Positions 60,938 to 64,000 of a stretch of 64,000 nt of DNA are shown here, one piece after another; position 1 is the stretch's first letter; each line of letters starts with the position of its first letter. The notes under the pieces are model-generated. The model worked only from the letters and a program-made list of their open reading frames with translations, did not search any database and was not told the DNA's origin. A program made the translations under genes and the position numbers. Location of the stretch: contig NC_089432.1 in the NCBI RefSeq assembly GCF_026210795.1, positions 2,976,001 to 3,040,000 on the forward strand, given 5' to 3'. Origin of the DNA: Rhizophagus irregularis. Its lineage: Eukaryota.

Positions 60938-63313
60938 TTATACAAAAAATTTCCATTTACGTTTTTTTAATTTACTTAATTTGTTTTGGGCATCTTGATC
61001 TCCATACTCAGCAGATTTTTTATACCAATAAGTTGCTAGTTTTATATCCTTTTCAATTCCATCTCCAGTTTCATACATTAAAGCTAGATTATATTGAGCA
61101 TCACTATTACCTAAGTTTGCAGCCTCTTGATATAATTCAAATGCCTTTTGTTTATCAATACTAGTTCCAATTCCATTATCATAACAATATCCTAAACCAC
61201 ATATTCCAGATGAATCTCCTAAATTTGCGGCCTTTTGATATAATTCAAATGCCTTTTGTTTATTAATATTAGTTCCAATTCCATTATCATAACAATATCC
61301 TAACCTAAATATTCCAGACGAATCTCCTAAATTTGCAGCCTTTTGATATAATTCAAATGCCTTTTGTTTATCAATATTAGTTCCAATTCCATTATCATAA
61401 CAATGTCCTAAACTAAATATTCCAGATGAATCTCCTAAATTTGCAGCCTTTTGATATAATTCAAATGATTTTTGTTTATCAATATTAGTTCCAATTCCAT
61501 TATCATAACAATATCCTAAACTAAATATTCCACGTGGATTTCCTAAATTTGCAGCTTCTTGATATAGTTCAAATGCCTTTTGCTGGTCAACACTGATTCC
61601 AATTCCTATAACATAACAATATCCTAAACTAGTTATTCCAAATACATTTCCAGAGTTTGCCACATTTTGATATAATTCAAATGCTTTTTGTTCGTCAACA
61701 TTGACTTCAATTCCAAAATGATTAAATACTCCAAGTAAAAAGGTAGAATTTGAATCATTTTGATTATTTAATAACCAAGCATAAAATTCTTGTGGAGTTT
61801 TATTATGATTATTAAGATAATTAATGACTTCATGTTTTTTTCTTATCATTTCTGTATTTTCAAGATGAAGTATTATTTCATTAACCATTATGTTAAAGTT
61901 ATTACTTGATGAGATTAAAGGTTCTATTTCTTCTGTACTCATATTATTAAAATTTTCAATAAATTGGGACATTTCTCCATGTAATGAATTATCAATAATA
62001 TTTTTGGGAACTTCAACATTATTCTTCTGTTCACTTGATAATTGAACATTTTCTTTTTGAATAATTTTATCTAATTTTGCAATAACATGGTTGACAGTTG
62101 GACGATTATCTGGTTCATAATTCCAGCAATCTGATATACGTAGTAAGATTATAATTAATCAATATTGTCATTATTAATCTAATTAGTTTAATTGTACTTA
62201 CCAGTGTATATTTTTATGTAATCTACAGGTGTATTAAGTATAGGATTTTCTCTAAGACCTCGTACAATTTCCATAGCCAAACCAACATCACATGGATGTG
62301 GATCATTATGAAAAGGTGGCCGACCACTAGAAATTTCCCACAAGAGTATGCCGATACTGTAGATGTCACTCTTTTTATTTAATGAATATACTTGTATTTT
62401 ATTATTACTATCCCTTTTTCTATTATATGCTTGTGGATCAATATAAGCAATCCTTCCAAATAAATTTTGTTGAATATTGGATGATTCTTCAATCCTTTTT
62501 GACAAACCAAAATCTGCTAATTTAATGGTATTCTTATGAACTAATATATTATTTGAGTGCTATTATTAAATGCAATGACTAAATTAGTATAAAATTATAC
62601 AGTATAATTTATTAACATGTAAATAACTGAAGTAAATAACCTACCAAATCACGATGAACAATACCTTCATCATGTAAGCATGATATGGCATTAGCTAATT
62701 GAAATGCTAGATCCAATTTATTTTTCCAAGTGAGACTATCAAAATGTTCACTTAAATAATTTCGGAGAGTACCACTATCGGCATATTCCATAACCAGTAA
62801 ATATTTTTTTGAATTATCATCTTGGTTTGCTTTGAGAAAAAAAAGAAAAATTATTTTGATTATTTTTTCCAAAAAAAAAATATAATAACGATTCAAATTA
62901 TATATTATACCTGTTGTAATGCCACAAAAACGAAGAATGTTTTCATGAAAATCTACTTCGCGCTGAAGATTAAGCTTAATATTGAAAATAAAATTTTATG
63001 TTAAAAACATAATATATAACTAAAGATATAAATACAAAAAAAAAAAGATAAACTGTTAACATATAATTGTTATAATTACTTCATTAACAATTTCTTTAAC
63101 TGTAATGTTATTGAAATTAAAGAAAGATTTTAATGCTAAATGATTACGCAAACTTTTCCAGTTAGCACGATATACTTTTCCAAAACCTCCAGAACCAATT
63201 TCTTGAATATTATTAAAATGTTTGTAATCGTAATATTTAATGTGCTTTTTTGCAATAGCTTCTTCAATCCAATCAATCCACTCATTTGAATTAAATTCAG
63301 TACTATTAGACAT
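60938..63313 (-). CDS. Tyrosine-kinase-like protein kinase with Sel1-like repeats, 5 exons
   Basis: GSGGFG, LALK, VMEYADSG, HRDL|HSNN, LADFGLS and KSDIYSIG. Last exon 60938-62130 holds near-identical 36-aa Sel1 repeats. Confidence 0.92.
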
Positions 63314-64000
63314 GATTGATACAAAACGTTGATTCAGTTTGTACTCAAAGTTTAATAATAAAAAGAAAATTATAAAAAAATTAAAAAAGTAAATTTTTAA
63401 GGTAAAAAGTTATGAACTTCTTAAAATTTAAATGATTTTAAGTTCATCGTAACGTAGTGCAGAATGTGTTAGCACGCCGAAATGTGTGAAATGTGTGACA
63501 GGTAAACAGGTTACGCCAATAATGTGGCGCAACAGTCAATCACCTACTTGACTGTACTACCATGGACAAACAAAAAATTTTGTGTGATCTGCCCATGACA
63601 GTACGTGCAGTCGTGCACTGTCATATTGCATCATGCAGAGATCACGTGAACTTACTAAAAAAATTCTTTAGTATAAATATCTTTTCGAAAATAAATATTG
63701 CGTAATATTAATATATTGTGTAAGTGTTTAAAGAAAAATTTATTGCACCATTAAATTTCTCATCATTAAATATTTTTTTAAATAAAATAGTCGCATAATT
63801 ATGTTTTAATGATTTTTTTTATTTATTGAGCGAGATGAAAATGAAGATAAAAAGTTTATTATAATAAAGATATATTCCTTATGAAACTAGGGAGCGTAAA
63901 CCGTTCAGGTCCGAAGCATAATCAATTTATTTACATCACGTAACATGTACATAAAAACGTAAACTAAATACAAAATCTAATTTGTCGATAAGCATTCGGA

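Overview
AT-rich, intron-containing eukaryotic DNA that is mostly transposon-derived. The TKL-kinase/Sel1 genes and transposon families suggest an arbuscular mycorrhizal fungus such as Rhizophagus (inferred, not verified). The main feature is a ~16.4 kb decayed Polinton/Maverick-type element (15081-31502). It carries a protein-primed PolB, an A32/FtsK-type packaging ATPase, two rve integrases, a DUF5679-like zinc ribbon, two F-box genes and a 5'-AGTAGT right terminus. I recognise no double jelly-roll capsid or adenain protease. Instead it has two coiled-coil+Gag-like capsid genes, one joined to a retroviral-type aspartyl protease at an A-rich slippery site, and no RT, RNase H or LTR. Its left end is lost at a junction with a ~1.65 kb inverted duplication (11870-15080 / 51612-53265), so missing genes cannot be excluded. 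Other features: a TET/JBP-like dioxygenase exon, an apparently intact MULE, a CACTA/Tnp2 pseudogene, a RAG1/Transib-like transposase with an FYR-like N-terminus and a convergent zinc-finger partner, micro-exon transcript arrays, many MITEs with readable TSDs, a heptad-repeat coiled-coil gene and two kinase-Sel1 genes. All protein calls come from reading motifs by eye; no searches were run.
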